Both the position numbers and the translations under genes were made by a program. The notes under the pieces were generated by a model. The model was not told the DNA's origin, did no database searches, and was given only the letters and a program-made list of their open reading frames with translations. A DNA stretch of 63,798 nt, filler included, from Octopus bimaculoides (lineage: Eukaryota), in NCBI RefSeq assembly GCF_001194135.2. It is 5 parts of 5 records of this genome, joined end to end, with 100 filler letters (N's around TTAATTAATTAA, not from the genome) between each part and the next. Parts side by side here need not be neighbours in the genome. Positions count along the whole stretch, not along the records: positions 31,079 to 59,707 come from NC_068982.1; positions 59,808 to 60,990 come from NW_026348260.1; positions 61,091 to 62,311 come from NW_026318405.1; 2 more parts are not named here. One strand, given 5' to 3'. This document shows, one piece after another, positions 47,721-61,733 of the stretch. Numbering within the stretch: the stretch's first letter is position 1; the number at the start of each line of letters is the position of its first letter.

Positions 47721-50700
47721 TGTAACCTTCTGCCGCCAGTTACGAGTAGGAGGAGTACCAAAGCCCAGCGTGTTACTACGCCAGGACGAAATAGCTTGAC
47801 TGCCATCCTACAGTATTATCCTCCCCGAACATGCTTGTGTGTGCAAAGGAGGCAACCTATACAGTATAGTACTGAACGCTATAAACATTTACACTACTGG
47901 ACATGTAAATATTGTACAATCGTGTGAATGGAAGTCAATGAATAAAGTCTAGCCCTTTTAAATGTGCAATGTCTACATATATTCTATAACAAGTGGAGTG
48001 AGTAAACTGACCTACGCCCATTAACATACATATATAATTCATTTAGGATACATGCTTATGTATGAAGTTCCCTGTCTGTGCAGAAATTCTCAGGAAAAAT
48101 CGCTTCTATATAACACTTAAAATAACTGTTGCGTTTATTATATAGCTATATCACAAAATCTGTAATTACTCTTGCACCAAACTAGTTTCAAAATCTGGAA
48201 AATAAAATATGTACTGAATACGGCAATATACCAACTTACTCGAAAGTTATTGAAACTATAAACATTGCATTTGAACATATAAAAATAGAAATAGAGTAGC
48301 ATGTATTATAAATTAATCGAGAGTTGAAACTTTCATTCATTCATTAATTTGTTTTATTTTTGTGTGAGCATGTACGAGTGTTGCACACGTGTGTGTGAAT
48401 GAGTATGGGTACGTCAATGGGTGAAGATAAGTGTTTTTGCCGAGGGCTACGACTTACTACCAACCTTTAATATCTTTGTTAACTTATTTTCATGGGGATT
48501 ATACACCTATTCTTCAGAACATTGACAAACTAACTTTCGTTTAACCTCTGTCTATATTAAACAATAGTTCACCTTTCTACCTCATAATCCTCCTTCTTGC
48601 TTTGTTTTCTCTCATTTCTTTTCTTTGTGTGTCTCATTTTAACTCCCTCCTCACCTCAAATAACATATTTTAAACTCACATGTATAGTGACAAATATGCA
48701 TTCACTAATAAATATATATTTGTTGCGAGGTGACTTGGTTGCTAGTGTAGCGGAGAATGTATCGTTGCGGACCTTTGTTGGAGAGAAAGCTGTGTGTAGA
48801 ATAACTGAAGCAAACAAGCGAAAATCTAACTTGATAGTTATCGCCGGACATTAAGATATTTGGTGTTGGCAAATTTATAATGAACAGTACTAATAATTGC
48901 CAACTGGGAGAGAGAAAAACTACTCTGAAATTATAGAAAGCTATGTGTGACAACATGTGGTCGGTCTAAAAATACACGATGTCATCTGCACAAATCTCCG
49001 ATGTGATCCGTGGTGTCACCGGTCCATTGATCATCTGCATGGCAAGAGTGGAGTCACTTGAGTTAGTTATCCGCCTGTGGCACTCTGTGATTAATTGCGC
49101 ATTAAAAACGGTTTTCAGAGGAGACAAGAGGTATTATTCTAGAATAATCGAGAAAACCATATCACGCCACAGCCTTACGCCGATTGTCGATTTATAGTCG
49201 GATCATATAAAACTATAGTGTTTCACTCTGACCTGACCTAGTATCTAGCGGTTAGGTTTCGAATCACCGCTACATATTCATCAGAATTTGTATTCACTGA
49301 TGGATAGATAGATAGAGAGATAGACAGAGAGATGGAATGATGCTGGCAGAAAAGGATTAGGGTAATGGTGATTAGTGTGTGTGGCTCGGCTAATAACGAG
49401 AGATAAGGCAATGAGTTGCTCTGTGTAAACAAGAGAAATATCAGCATGTCGCTACACGTGATTAACGATCACTGGAGCAGCTTGGTAAACCAGAAAGGAG
49501 AAAGCTAATTCGAAGGCTACAGATCCAATCCATCACTGAAACTGTAAAAATCTGTAAAACTTTCCAGAAGTTTATCATTTAAATATATATGAACATGTCT
49601 AGATATGTAACTCTATGCAAGAATACATACATAAAACATACAAATCTGCACATACATACATGAATGCGTACGTACATACATACATACATACATACATACA
49701 TACATACAAACAAAATACCCTGTTATTGCTGTTGAAATTTCAATGAAGGAACCTTGGATCTAGGTTAGAAACCGGTTCTTTCTCTATTGGCAAGAAATCT
49801 TGAAATAAAATTAATAATGGCATACATACAATATATCCATCCATCCATACATACATACAGACATACAGACAGACAAGTATGAGGTACATTCCAGAAGTTT
49901 TGAGAATTTTACAGGAGGCAGTTATAGCTGTCCTAGATTATTTTAGTATATCATTATTATAAATTTAATAAGCTGACCTGCCGACTTTTGTTATTCCATA
50001 TTGAAGGGGAAGGCGGTAAAATCGGATGAGTGGTCACATTGTAATATGTGCAGGAATAAACCTACCTGACTTTTAAATTGTTTCCAGTTTATATATGTTC
50101 TAATTCAACAACATAACAATCACAAATCAACATAGAACAAAAATTAAGAAATATTAGCTGCGTCTAAACGTTTGATTATTTAATCACTGTGAATGCCATG
50201 CCTTGTTATAAAGAACACTATTATACAAAGACGAGCGTTGTATAGGGCAAACTATTTTTTTAACTACTTCGAAAACGAACTACTTACTCTTCTAAAGTAT
50301 ATCAAAGAGTAAAAACAGATGAGGATACAATTAAGTTGTGCCTTTTCAGTCAAAAGCTGAGAGTTTTGTGTATTGGCACTTATCAAACACGAATTTATCC
50401 ATTGTCACTCGTAACTTTTGACGAAATAACTTCTAAAATACAAAGTCTTGTCAAAAACGTTAAGAGTAAACCCTGTTCTATGTAAAACACATTCTACCAG
50501 TATCGGAAGTTTGAAAGTGTTTAGTTAAAAAATTAATTAAATAATCTGTATGTCTAATTGAATAGATCCGAAATGGATGAAAGGCACAATCGATCTCGGC
50601 GGAATTTGAACTCAGAATCTAAAGACAGACGAAATACCGCTTCTAAAATACCAAATTTTGTCAAAAACGTTAAGAATGGACCCAGTTCTATGTGGCATAT

Positions 50701-51399
50701 TCTATCAGTATCGAAAGTTTGAAAGTGTTTAGTTAAAAAAAATTAATGAAATAATCTATACGTCAAAGTCGACCTCGACGAAATTTGAACTCAAAAACGT
50801 AAAGTCAGACGAAGTATCGTTAGGCATTTCGGCCGGCGCGATAACGTTTTTACCGCCTTGGAAAGCAACCATTCATTTTACAAATATNNNNNNNNNNNNN
50901 NNNNNNNNNNNNNNNNNNNNNNNNNNNNNNNNNNNNNNNNNNNNNNNNNNNNNNNNNNNNNNNNNNNNNNNNNNNNNNNNNNNNNNNNNNNNNNNNNNNN
51001 NNNNNNNNAAAATTTCGTAACATTTTACCTCACAATTCTTTTTCTACTAATTTTTGTTCAATGCGACTAGTCATTCTGAATTCCCCGTGCATTTTTCTAT
51101 CATTTAAGCCTAAGAAAGATATACTTTTAATTAAAAATTTAAAAATTTATGTTAATTGAAGATGAATATCTGCCTTACTTCCCCCCCTCCTGAGATTGCA
51201 GATATTTTGATGTAACTTTTTTTCTACTGAACCAAATCTCAAACTATTTATGCCAAAGTGTAGCTAAGGAGGTGTCCTCTTTAAAACTATTAACAGTTTG
51301 CAGTTTAGTTGAGAACTGAATTAGTGGTGAAGCTTGGAAGCTGCTGCGATTGACGAAATGGCAGACTTGAGAATATATTCAACCACTACCGTAGTTGAA

Positions 51400-51680
51400 T
51401 GATATGCTGGGCGTTTCACATCCAAGTGTTCTCTGAAGTATGTTAGTCCAACTGTTTTGAGATTGTATGGGAGGTTTCCAAGAAGAGAGTGCTTCCTGTG
51501 GAACTCACTGCCGACACGTAGGATATTGTTCTCTTCACTTTTTAGCACTAAGTTTACGTATTTATCTTTTTTGCTGTCGTTTAGCAAGTGCTGTCTGAGA
51601 GCGGTTATACGACATTCAAAAGCAGTTTGCACTGATCTCAAGCCTCTAACCCCTTTATCTCTTCGTAGCTAGTGCCTGCC
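51400..51680 (-). mobile_element. R4/Dong-like LINE internal fragment (post-RT region)
   Basis: KGVRGLRSVQTAFECRITALRQHLLNDSKKDKYVNLVLKSEENNILRVG resembles the GGRGLxS region that follows RT. Confidence 0.55.
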
Positions 51681-52550
51681 AATATCACTATTTCTGTGGA
51701 GATTTCCAGTTGTTGTCAATATCTTACGGGTTTTAACAGAATCACATAAAGACTATCTCCTTAGAATATTTCATTTGAGATATTTATTACATTGGAGACG
51801 AACGTTCCGCTCACAAAGAATTGTTGGCCAGGTCTTTGTGAGTCACACAATGGCAGCAATTAAGATAGTAGGCACCTTCGCCAAATGAAGACACTTCACC
51901 AGCCATAATCAAGCCATACTGTTGCACGAGTATATATGTTTCTTAATAATATACATAAATTACAGAGTGACTCAAGGGCTGAGAGTTTCGTGCGTTGGCA
52001 CTTATCAAACTGGTTTCAAATCAAGAGGTCATATATTTATATACTGGAGATAATATTTACTTGACTTGTTCTGGAATAAATTATTAAAATAGTAACAATA
52101 TCACGTGGATAATGCACATTTTTCAAATGGTTTGCTTGTTATGGCTTTCAATAACTAACTAAATAAATAAATAAAATTTAAGGATGTGTATGCATACTTA
52201 CGCATACATAAACGAGAGTATTCGTGAATAAAATACAATATGTACGTGAATACACGCACATACGCATACAGATTTTCACACTCATACATGCATGTTCATA
52301 AATCCCACCCCCACGCATAAACATAGGTATAAATATAAAACTTATAAAAACAAGAGTACGGATACATATACACAAATATTCGTATATGCTAAAACACAGG
52401 TGCAGTCGTGCACATACACGCACCCAATATCAAATTATCAGTTTTAGACGAACAGAGACAAAATAGCATAGTAAATAAATAAAATAAAAAATGTAGTAAA
52501 ATCATTATAAAAAAATTAAAAATATATAAGCATATAATGAACGTCTAGAA

Positions 52551-53400
52551 CAGTGTTTCCCAAACTTTTCGTGCCAAATTGGAATATTACCCACCTATCG
52601 ACCAAAAAATGCTCCATCGTCCACCTTTGTAAAAAAAAACCCTGACATCCCACAACACAAAATCCCCTAGGACCCCCCCCCCCGTATCATTTAACACACA
52701 CACTATATCGTAGTCTCGTTGCCCTGTTAGTGTCGTTTGGGCTAAATATGCGGTTGTTTACAAATCCCTTATTGTAGGTTTAGTTTTGCCATTAGTGTGA
52801 ATAAAATTCTAACGTTAACTCTATATTATGCAGTTAGATTAACTTCTGGAAACTTGCGCTTTCTTTTACACTGATTTTCATTTTCCCCAAATGAACCATT
52901 GATCAAAACTACCGAAGCAAAAATGATTAATGATTGTATTATAAAGGAAAAGAATAAAACTTTTTAATGATAACCATGTGTCTGGTGCGATGCAGTTAGT
53001 GCTGATACATTCGGTTTCAAACTTGTCGACTTTAGCCGCAAGTTTCCTCGTTGTATCACGTCCGGCCCAATTCTTTTATGGGAAAATAAAGTTCCAACAA
53101 GGCTAAAACCAGATTCACCCAGGTATGAAATAAGGAAGGCAAGCAAAAGTAATTTCAGATGTTTCCACAGATTGAGGTAGGAATTCAATGTACTCTGATG
53201 GTACCACAAACCTTCTTTGCCATTACAGCGATATCGCATTGTGGCGTCATTGTCTTCCTCAGAATGTTTATTCACTGGAATTTCTCTTGCACCAATCGAC
53301 TTCCAAAAATTTAAGTGAAACGCCATGGCATCAGTCTCACCGGAATTGGAGAACCTCGAAGGCTGTGGGTACTTAATCAATCAATAAAATATTCATCGCT
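52551..53400 (-). mobile_element. hAT (Buster/Charlie) transposon 3' remnant
   Basis: LLLAFLISYLGESGFSLVGTLFSHKRIGPDVIQRGNLRLKSTSLKPNVSALTASHQTHGYH* is a Buster-type C-terminus. Terminus CAGTGTTTCCCAAAC at 52551. Confidence 0.85.
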
Positions 53401-53639
53401 GTCTTCATCTTCATTTCAGTGACATTCACACCTTTTAGTTTATTTTTGGAATTCATCTTTTTTCGCGTGTATTCTGTGTGCTATTTTCGTCATGTCAAAA
53501 TTGATGCCTCATATTGTACGTATTATTTATAATGGTCAGCATAGCTTAGCTTATCACAACTGCATTGACTGTGAGACAGTTAGTTGGCTAGCAGAGAATG
53601 TATATAAAACCATCGATGAATTTTAGCCTGCAGTTTTAT

Positions 53640-54075
53640 GCATCATGAATTCAGTTTATCGTTGTCGTTATCGAAGAAGAAAGTGTCAATGGCGTGGATT
53701 TGTTTAGGATGGATCTCAACTTGCCAGAAAGTGACCCACTCACTCGAGTTCATGAGCTTCCTCTGCGTCACATATAGACATACTGGATCCAGTTATGAAA
53801 CTGCAAGGACTGCCGACGCTCCAGTTAAAGTTTTGATTAACGCCTTCAGTAGCATAGCCATCATGCGTAGCCCTCTTCATCCGCTGTTTCGAGCGTTGAG
53901 ATCTGTGGAAATCATCATCTGCCTGTTCCACCGTTGGGGTCTTTGGGGGGTTGGTCGCACTTAGTCTGGGTCCTCGACTTCGGCCTTACCGTCAGGGGTG
54001 GCCCTACAAGGTGTTTAGGTCTCCCGATGGCATCGCTCTCAGAGTCATTGATCCTCACAAACCTCTCCACCGATA
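53640..54075 (-). mobile_element. Probable RTE-clade LINE 5' UTR and start
   Basis: The - strand reads gtggagaggtttgtgaggatcaatgactctgagagcgatgcc...gtagggccacccctgacggtaaggccgaag...ccagac, resembling RTE 5' leaders from memory. Confidence 0.45.
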
Positions 54076-54103
54076 CCAAAACTCATCATTCATCAAAACG
54101 TAG

Positions 54104-54147
<44 letters not shown>

Positions 54148-57100
54148 NNNNNNNNNNNNNNNNNNNNNNNNNNNNNNNNNNNNNNNNNNNNNNNNNNNNN
54201 NNNNNNNNNNNNNNNNNNNNNNNNNNNNNNNNNNNNNNNNNNNNNNNNNNNNNNNNNNNNNNNNNNNNNNNNNNNNNNNNNNNNNNNNNNNNNNNNNNNN
54301 NNNNNNNNNNNNNNNNNNNNNNNNNNNNNNNNNNNNNNNNNNNNNNNNNNNNNNNNNNNNNNNNNNNNNNNNNNNNNNNNNNNNNNNNNNNNNNNNNNNN
54401 NNNNNNNNNNNNNNNNNNNNNNNNNNNNNNNNNNNNNNNNNNNNNNNNNNNNNNNNNNNNNNNNNNNNNNNNNNNNNNNNNNNNNNNNNNNNNNNNNNNN
54501 NNNNNNNNNNNNNNNTATATATATATATATATATTGTGTCAAACCGTGAAAAACCAGTAAATCAGTATTATTAGTTATACATACGAAGAGTCTCTGCACA
54601 GTTTTCGTCTGCAAATCTCCATTCAAAAGCGATCGTTAAACCCAAGGCCGCACAGTGAGATCGAATACAGAACAACGTTGTTCCAAAATGAACTTAACCA
54701 TACAGTTGTGCTTATGCTATGATGAGGACGGTTTTTATTGCATGTTAGTATGTGTTCATGTCATAACAATTTCTTTGAACATTAATAATATTTGTTCAAA
54801 ATAGTAGTTGTAGTTGTAAACAAGTCTTAGTTGGTAGTGGTAAATGATATTCCTAAAGGTGGTTATGATCATAAAAATACGAGTAGTCGTAGTGATGCAA
54901 ATGGCGATGTTTCACTGGGTGGTAGTGGTGACAATAATCTTGATTATGACTGTGGTAGTCTATGTGAATGGTGGGAACATGAGAAGTTAATTTTTTTTTC
55001 GTCTGAAATGACGCATTACTGGATTGGGATGGCAAATACGGAACTGATAGCAATAACGGTACTTAGAAAAGCAAAACAATCAAAAAGTCAAGTAATCCGG
55101 AAATGTTTGTCCCATTCTTTACATAGAAATATTCCCATTATTTGAATATAGGAATACGAATCGCTATATTTCGTCAAGTATTCAAATAATTAAATCCGAT
55201 CCAGCAATAAGCTTTTTTCTATTCCTAACTCCCAGAAACACCAGAACAATAATTTTTCTTGCTGTTACTTATGGTTTAGCATCACTTTTGCACAACAATA
55301 AGGACATGTGATGAGCACAGAGATGAATTCTCCACAGCAAATACTCAGGTGGGAAGTGTATGGACATCAATGTCCTAGTGACCGCATGAAAACTCCAGGG
55401 CCATTCTGGAGTTGTATCCTATTGAGGGAGTGGAGAGAACGTCAATCAGACTGGGTTGTTGGAAGAAGGTCCTGTTGGTAGTAAAGGCTACTTGAGAGAA
55501 AAGCAGAAGGGTAAAAGAGGGCAGCAGGCAGTATCAGCAACATCAGCAGCAGATCCCAGAATTGAAGACTATTTTCAAAACACAGTCTTTTGCAGCTCCA
55601 ATAATGGTAGGAGTGGAAGTAAGCTAAATCACCTCATCAGAACCAGAAGTGGTATTGCCTCCCTCCAGCAAAGGATTAGCCAGAGACTACAGCAAGCAGT
55701 ATCACTCAATTGTCTTGCAGTAATGGAAAGGAAATGAAGATTGGTAGGAAACTTGTAAGAAAAATTAGGAAGAAAATTGAGCTACAGAAGAAAGATAAAC
55801 AGAGTGTCAAATTTCCTCACAAGGAGGAGCCCTCCTTTAAGGAGTGCCTGAACTTTACAATACTTCAAAAGGACAACCAGAGCATTGGTGATTTAATACT
55901 GACCCTAAAAGAAAAAGAGTCATATAGCGCGTTAATTTTTGAAAAGATGCATGATGAGAACCAGGTACCCTAAGATGATAAAACCATCTTAGTAGGTTAT
56001 CAACAATGGTCTAAGTAGTGGGTTTTTACTTCTATGTTGACAAGTTGCTGTTATTTGTGTTTGCCTTGTGCACTAAATTTTTAATATGTCTTCATATATT
56101 AAATCACATTTTCCTCCTTTCCTTGTTTATTAAGGACAATCTCATGTTTTGTAACCATTTTTTAATGACATAATTTCTATTGTATGTAATGGCTCTTGTG
56201 ATCAGTAAAGAATGGATTGCTGGGTGCTTTTTGTATGACACTGGCACAGGTGCTTTTACGTGGTGTTGGTACAGGTGCTATTGTGTGGCTTTGGCATAGG
56301 AGCTTTTTATGTGACGCAAACCTTTTTCAGTAGGGAAGTGGTATTAAACCTTCTGCTGTGGAGGATGGGTCTTCTTGAGAACATCAGGGTTGTCGTTATT
56401 GTTATTATTATCAAAATATTAGATGAGTGTGTATAAGTGCTATGTAATTGAAAGTTTAAATAAATAGCAGAAAGCCATCTGGTACATAATTTTTTTAATG
56501 GACAATTTATTGCAAAGAAATTATCCACCCTATTAATGATATTTTGGTGAAAACATTCTTTCTGGAATTCATGTGATTTACAGACTCACTCAAAAACCTC
56601 TCCTTATTACATTCAGGTTGAAATTTCAACATGACATTACCTATTGTGAAAGGATAATTTTATTTACAATAAAACTTCCATTAAAAACGGAATGAACCAA
56701 ATAGCTTTCTACAATTTTATTCAAAATTTGAGTTAGATGTAACTTCTATATAATTCTCTAATATTTTAGAATATTTAAATTTACATGTTTGCCAGGTGAT
56801 AGAAAATGAAACAAGTGACAAGAGAAAAGAATTACTACCAAAATGCTAGACAAATGAGATTTCAGAATGACTTTGTTATTTGACTGAAGAATTGAACAGC
56901 AATAACAATTACTCTATATGACAGCAATAACAATTACTCTATATGACATGCTTAAGGAATTTGCACCCAATAAAAAAGAACTCAACAGAGAAGAAAAGTA
57001 TAAATGGATGATCTGTAGTTTAGACAAGATTTTGAGTGAGTTTCTAGAGTATAATTCATATGTATTCTGATGAGGTTTACTTCAAAATACCATTTCGTAG

Positions 57101-57189
57101 ATGGATAATGTGTTTACAATGAATTGTCTAATAAAAAATAGATAAATAAATAAAGCACCAGATAGGTTCCTGTTGTTTCATTCAATTTT

Positions 57190-57530
57190 TGTTGGCAAGT
57201 TGAGTGAAATGCGTAGCTGTATTTCGTCTACCTTTACGTTCTGAGTTCAAATTCTGCCAAGGTTGACTTTGCTTTCATCCTTCCGAGGTCAATAAATTAA
57301 GTACCAGTTGCTTACTCGTTTCGATCTAATCGATTGGCCCCCTCCCCAAAATTTCGGGCCTTGTGCTGACAGTAGAAAAGAATTTATTGTTGGCAAGCTA
57401 GCAGAATCATTAGTGCATCAGAAAAATTGCATAGCAGTATTTCTTCTAGCTCTTTATGTTCTGAGTTGCACACTGGTGTCAACATAACTGAGTAGTCCTC
57501 TTTCCCAAAATTCCAGGCCTTGTGCCTGTC
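57190..57530 (+). mobile_element. Two adjacent SINE family B copies
   Basis: gtatttcgtc...ttctgagttcaaattctgccaagg...aagtaccagttg...aaaatttcgggccttgtgc, followed by a second truncated copy. Confidence 0.8.
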
Positions 57531-57559
57531 AGTTCCGTTCTCCTCTTCATTATACTTTT

Positions 57560-59330
57560 TCCAAGCAATTGTTCAACATTCGATGCAATACCAAATACAT
57601 TCCATAATCCAAGAATGCGGGATCATATTGTATACTTTACAATAACTGATCCATGATATGGCTAAGTTAGTTTTCCTCCTCTTGCAGTCTCTAAGTACAG
57701 TTTTGTCTACCATGAGTTGATCCTTGGCACCTCTACACTTATGCTTGCACCCCTTCTGCTCATGTGGCAGGACTCCATTCTTTTCCAGATGTTCATACAT
57801 TGACTCTGCGACTATTTCAGTCAATAATTTCCACATAAGTGGCAAGCAGGATATCGGCCTGTAACTGTCTACCATATTGCCTTTTTTTGATGTTTTTTCA
57901 AGCACAGCACTGTCCTACTCATTGTCAACCACTCTGGTGTTACTTGGTCAGCATTTACCAAGGTGGTGAGTTGCGCAGCTATTCGTGCATGACATTCAAA
58001 AAGTCTTTTGGTCCAGTAGCCTTGAACTCTATCTGGTCCTGGGGCTTTCCAGTTGCCCATTTTTTTGCTGATTTCTTACACTTCCCTAACCGAAATGACT
58101 AGTTCTGCCTGTTTTGGACAGACTACTGTTTGTTTCAGTTCTTGCAACGATTCAGCATCCATCTTGTGCTCCTTGTCTTGGCCCCAGATATCATTCCAAA
58201 ACCTTTGACTTTCAATGTTATCTGGTGTCAACTTTTCATCTGTACACTCTCCATTTATTTCTTTGTAGAATCTTTTCTGATCTACTCTGAATAACCTATT
58301 CTGGTGGTAACCCTTCATTCTCTGGTCGTATCTTACCATCCTTGCAATGAGGCACTGTTTCAGTTCCTCCATTACCACTTTCAGGTCCTTTCTTTCAATA
58401 TCATACTTCCTGTTCAGTGCCTTGTGTTTTTGTTCGCTTTTAAGCTCTCCCTTCTCTTTTCGGTCTAACACAGAAATGTCCTTCGAGAGCATATCTAACC
58501 CCGCTTGTATTCTTCTTTTCCACCATGGATCTTTTCTTTTGTCATTGCCATTATGTTTCTTTTTCCTGACATCAACAACCACATTTTCTGCTACAACAAT
58601 ACTTGCTGCCTTGATCAAATTATTTGTTTCTGTGATGTCGTTTGTTCAGATGTATTTCAGAATTTCATTCACATTTTTTGTTTCTTGGTTCAATTTCCAT
58701 CGATCAACCTTTTTAAGGCTGCAAATAATGTCGCTATCGTTCTCCTGTAGCCTTGCTTTTATTCTGTCATAGATTGCCTTTTGCCCATCTGTCATGTCAC
58801 CATTTGTTTTATTGTATTTTTCCTGACTATGTCTCTCATCGAGCAAGCTATCACTTTTCCTTTCTTGTGGTTTATTAGAGATCTCACCTTTGTTTTCTGC
58901 TATGAGATTACTTTTATCAGTAAGAACTGTATTTTCATCATTTCTTCTGATTATGTTTTCCAATACCTGTGTTTTGATAGCTTCGAGCTCTACTTATTTT
59001 TTCTTATTGCTCTAGCTTGATCACATAATCTCTGTTCCGTGAGTTGAAACAATCCTGTTTCTCTCCATTGATCATACATACATTGTTGGTATCCCCTAAT
59101 ATGCGCACCATTTTCATCTACAGAGTTGTTCAGGTAGTAACACTCCATGACCACTGCATTGACTTGTTTGTTCTATCTATGCCGTGTGTGCAGATCCATT
59201 GCTGGATAACGACGGGCTGGAGCTGGACCAGTATCTCTGAGCCTGCCGGGTACAACAGTCACTATCAAGAGCTTCAGTTTCAATACCACCATTATTCACA
59301 ATATTTTGTTTTTTCATTGTCATTCATATG
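57560..59330 (-). mobile_element. R4/Dong-clade non-LTR retrotransposon, 5' part to mid-RT
   Basis: VVMECYYLNN...[73 protein letters not shown]...[20 protein letters not shown]. Multiple frameshifts. Confidence 0.92.
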
Positions 59331-59877
59331 AGGTAGTAATTATCAGGTCGTGCAATTACGAGTGTTTTTATTGTGACACCATCACTAGATGTATCATCGA
59401 TCAGGACATGGGGAAATTTTGACCACTTCCTTTCATTAGTATTATCATTTTTTACTACATTGTTAATATTTCCTCTGATCTAACATGAGTTTTGACTAAT
59501 TGTTATTAACACTTTTGTGTTAGTACTAGGCTCTGGGTCTTATCTATTAGCATAAACAATTTGATAGAGCACTGCTTCTATAATTATAAACAAATAAATG
59601 TAACCAAACGAGACAAAGAAAGAAGCAAAAAACTAATATCCACCCTTATTTTTTTCATGGGGTGGGGTATATATTTGTTTAATGCCTGGTGGGGTGTATA
59701 TATATATNNNNNNNNNNNNNNNNNNNNNNNNNNNNNNNNNNNNNNNNNNNNTTAATTAATTAANNNNNNNNNNNNNNNNNNNNNNNNNNNNNNNNNNNNN
59801 NNNNNNNCTGGTCAGGGAATGAAACATTGCTACAATTTTCAATTACTATTATCTTTTTATAATAAGAATTGCAAACA

Positions 59878-60195
59878 TCGCTTGACAACCGATGCTGGTG
59901 TGTTTACGTCTCCATAACTTAGCGGTTCGGCAAAAGAGACCAATAGAATAAGGACTAGACTTACAAAGAATAAGTCCTGGGGTCGATTTGCTCGACTAAA
60001 GGTGGTGCTCTAGCATGCCACAGTCAAATGACTGAAACAAGTAAAAGAGTAAAAAGTATAGACAAATAACTGTTGACAAATACTATAGCCTGGAGCTATA
60101 GTAGAAGACATTTGCCCAAGGTGCCACGCAGTGGGACTGAACCCAGTACCATGTGGTTGGGAAGCAAGCTGCTTACCACACAGCCACTCCTGTGC
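59878..60195. mobile_element. SINE family A: 3' part (+) followed by an inverted head (-)
   Basis: cgcttgacaaccgatgctgg...gactgaaacaagtaaaagag, then gctatagtagaagaca...cacacagccactcctg. Confidence 0.85.
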
Positions 60196-60523
60196 TACAT
60201 GCACACATACTTGCACAGATATACAGACATCCCGATTAGATCTATACATATTTACTGCCTCATTAGTTTTTCAAACAATCACTATTTCTTGGCATATACT
60301 ATTATTAATATAGAGCTGCATTTTAAAGTTACATACCTGAACATATATGAACATCAATATCTGCACACAGGTGTAAAGATATAGAAAGGCATATTTTTGC
60401 CTCTTCAGATATTTCATCTGTTACACTGGCTGTGGTCTAGTACCTTTTAGTTTGCATATTTTAGTGACTCATGGTTGCATTCCAAAGGTATCATATAGGA
60501 ACATATATAATCTATCTATCTAT

Positions 60524-60561
<38 letters not shown>

Positions 60562-60571
60562 NNNNNNNNNN

Positions 60572-60606
<35 letters not shown>

Positions 60607-60957
60607 TATATACATATATATGGATTAACGTGTGTGCATAGAATATGGCGTTGGATACGCATATCACTGCAGGCAAATAGATGCACATCTACACGCATGC
60701 ACATATGCACGTATATACCCAAACACACGCGTACGTGCGCGCACACACGCATACGCGCGCGCGCAGACACACACACACACACACGCACATACACGCGGGC
60801 GCGCGTACATGCACATGAGGGCTGATGGCTCGAGAAGGGGAGTAAAGGCACCGAACGGAAGAGCGTGGTGTATTTATTGATTAACATGCAGTGGTTGTGG
60901 TACAAGGTGGGGGTGGTGGGGTTTGCAGTGATTTTGTGTTTGTAGTAGAGGGAGAGA

Positions 60958-60990
<33 letters not shown>

Positions 60991-61090
60991 NNNNNNNNNN
61001 NNNNNNNNNNNNNNNNNNNNNNNNNNNNNNNNNNTTAATTAATTAANNNNNNNNNNNNNNNNNNNNNNNNNNNNNNNNNNNNNNNNNNNN

Positions 61091-61460
61091 ATGATGATGA
61101 TGATGACGATGATGACGATGATAATAATGATGATGATGACGATGACGATGATGATGATGATGACGATGATAATAATGATGACGATGACGATGACGATGAT
61201 GACAATGATGATGATGATGATGACGATGATAATGATGATGATGATGATGATGATAATGACGACAATAAAGGTGATAACAATGGTGATGACAATGATGATG
61301 ATGACGAGAACAATAATGGTGATGGTAATGATGACGGTGATGGTGATAATGATGACAATGAACCTGAAGATGATATTGCAGTAGTATGATAATGATTATG
61401 AAAATGATGATGATGAAATGATGATGATGATGGTATAGGTGATGATGATGATGGTTACAA
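61091..61460. repeat. Imperfect (ATG/GAT)n trinucleotide tract
   Basis: Degenerate atgatg/gacgat/gataat repeats. Confidence 0.9.
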
Positions 61461-61522
61461 TGAATGTGAAGGTGATACTGCTGCAGCAGCAGCAGTAGCA
61501 GTAGTAGTAGTAAAAGTTGATG

Positions 61523-61560
<38 letters not shown>

Positions 61561-61583
61561 AAAAAAAGGACTCATCCACTTAC

Positions 61584-61733
61584 ACTTTCTATCATAAAAA
61601 TCCATTCCTTGTCTTCGTATTGTTCCTGTCGGGAATTCCTGAAACACGTCACGGTGATCTCCACATTGTCTGGGACGTTCCATTCTATGACGCCTCGGTA
61701 GGGATTCTGGATTGTAGGAATCCAGGACATTGG
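61584..61733 (-). CDS. EHBP1: EH domain-binding protein 1 family, NT-C2 domain exon
   Basis: gtctttcgcag acceptor, gtaagt donor, 150 nt, phase 0/0. PMSWIPTIQNPYRGVIEWNVPDNVEITVTCFRNSRQEQYEDKEWIFMIES matches HSWQPGIKNPYRGVVVWPVPENIEITVTLFKDPHAEEFEDKEWTFVIEN of EHBP1 (recalled). Confidence 0.92.

Noticed and set aside
47720-47870. H/ACA snoRNA or telomerase RNA
   Set aside because: There is a hairpin followed by ACA, but no properly placed ANANNA H box and no CTAACCCTAA-type template.
50430-50860. About 210-bp tandem duplication including a SINE fragment, and a 25-bp doublet at about 56896-56946
   Set aside because: Ordinary local duplications with no further structure.
16154-54626. Long ORFs full of X or YIYI/THTH/CVCV runs
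   Set aside because: Produced by N gaps and dinucleotide or tetranucleotide repeats.
55260-55990. Lys-rich plus-strand ORFs (55456-55737, 55710-55973)
   Set aside because: No recognisable domain or consistent splice structure.
61043-61579. Poly-Met, poly-His and poly-Ser ORFs
   Set aside because: Translations of an (ATG)n microsatellite that begin in an N gap.
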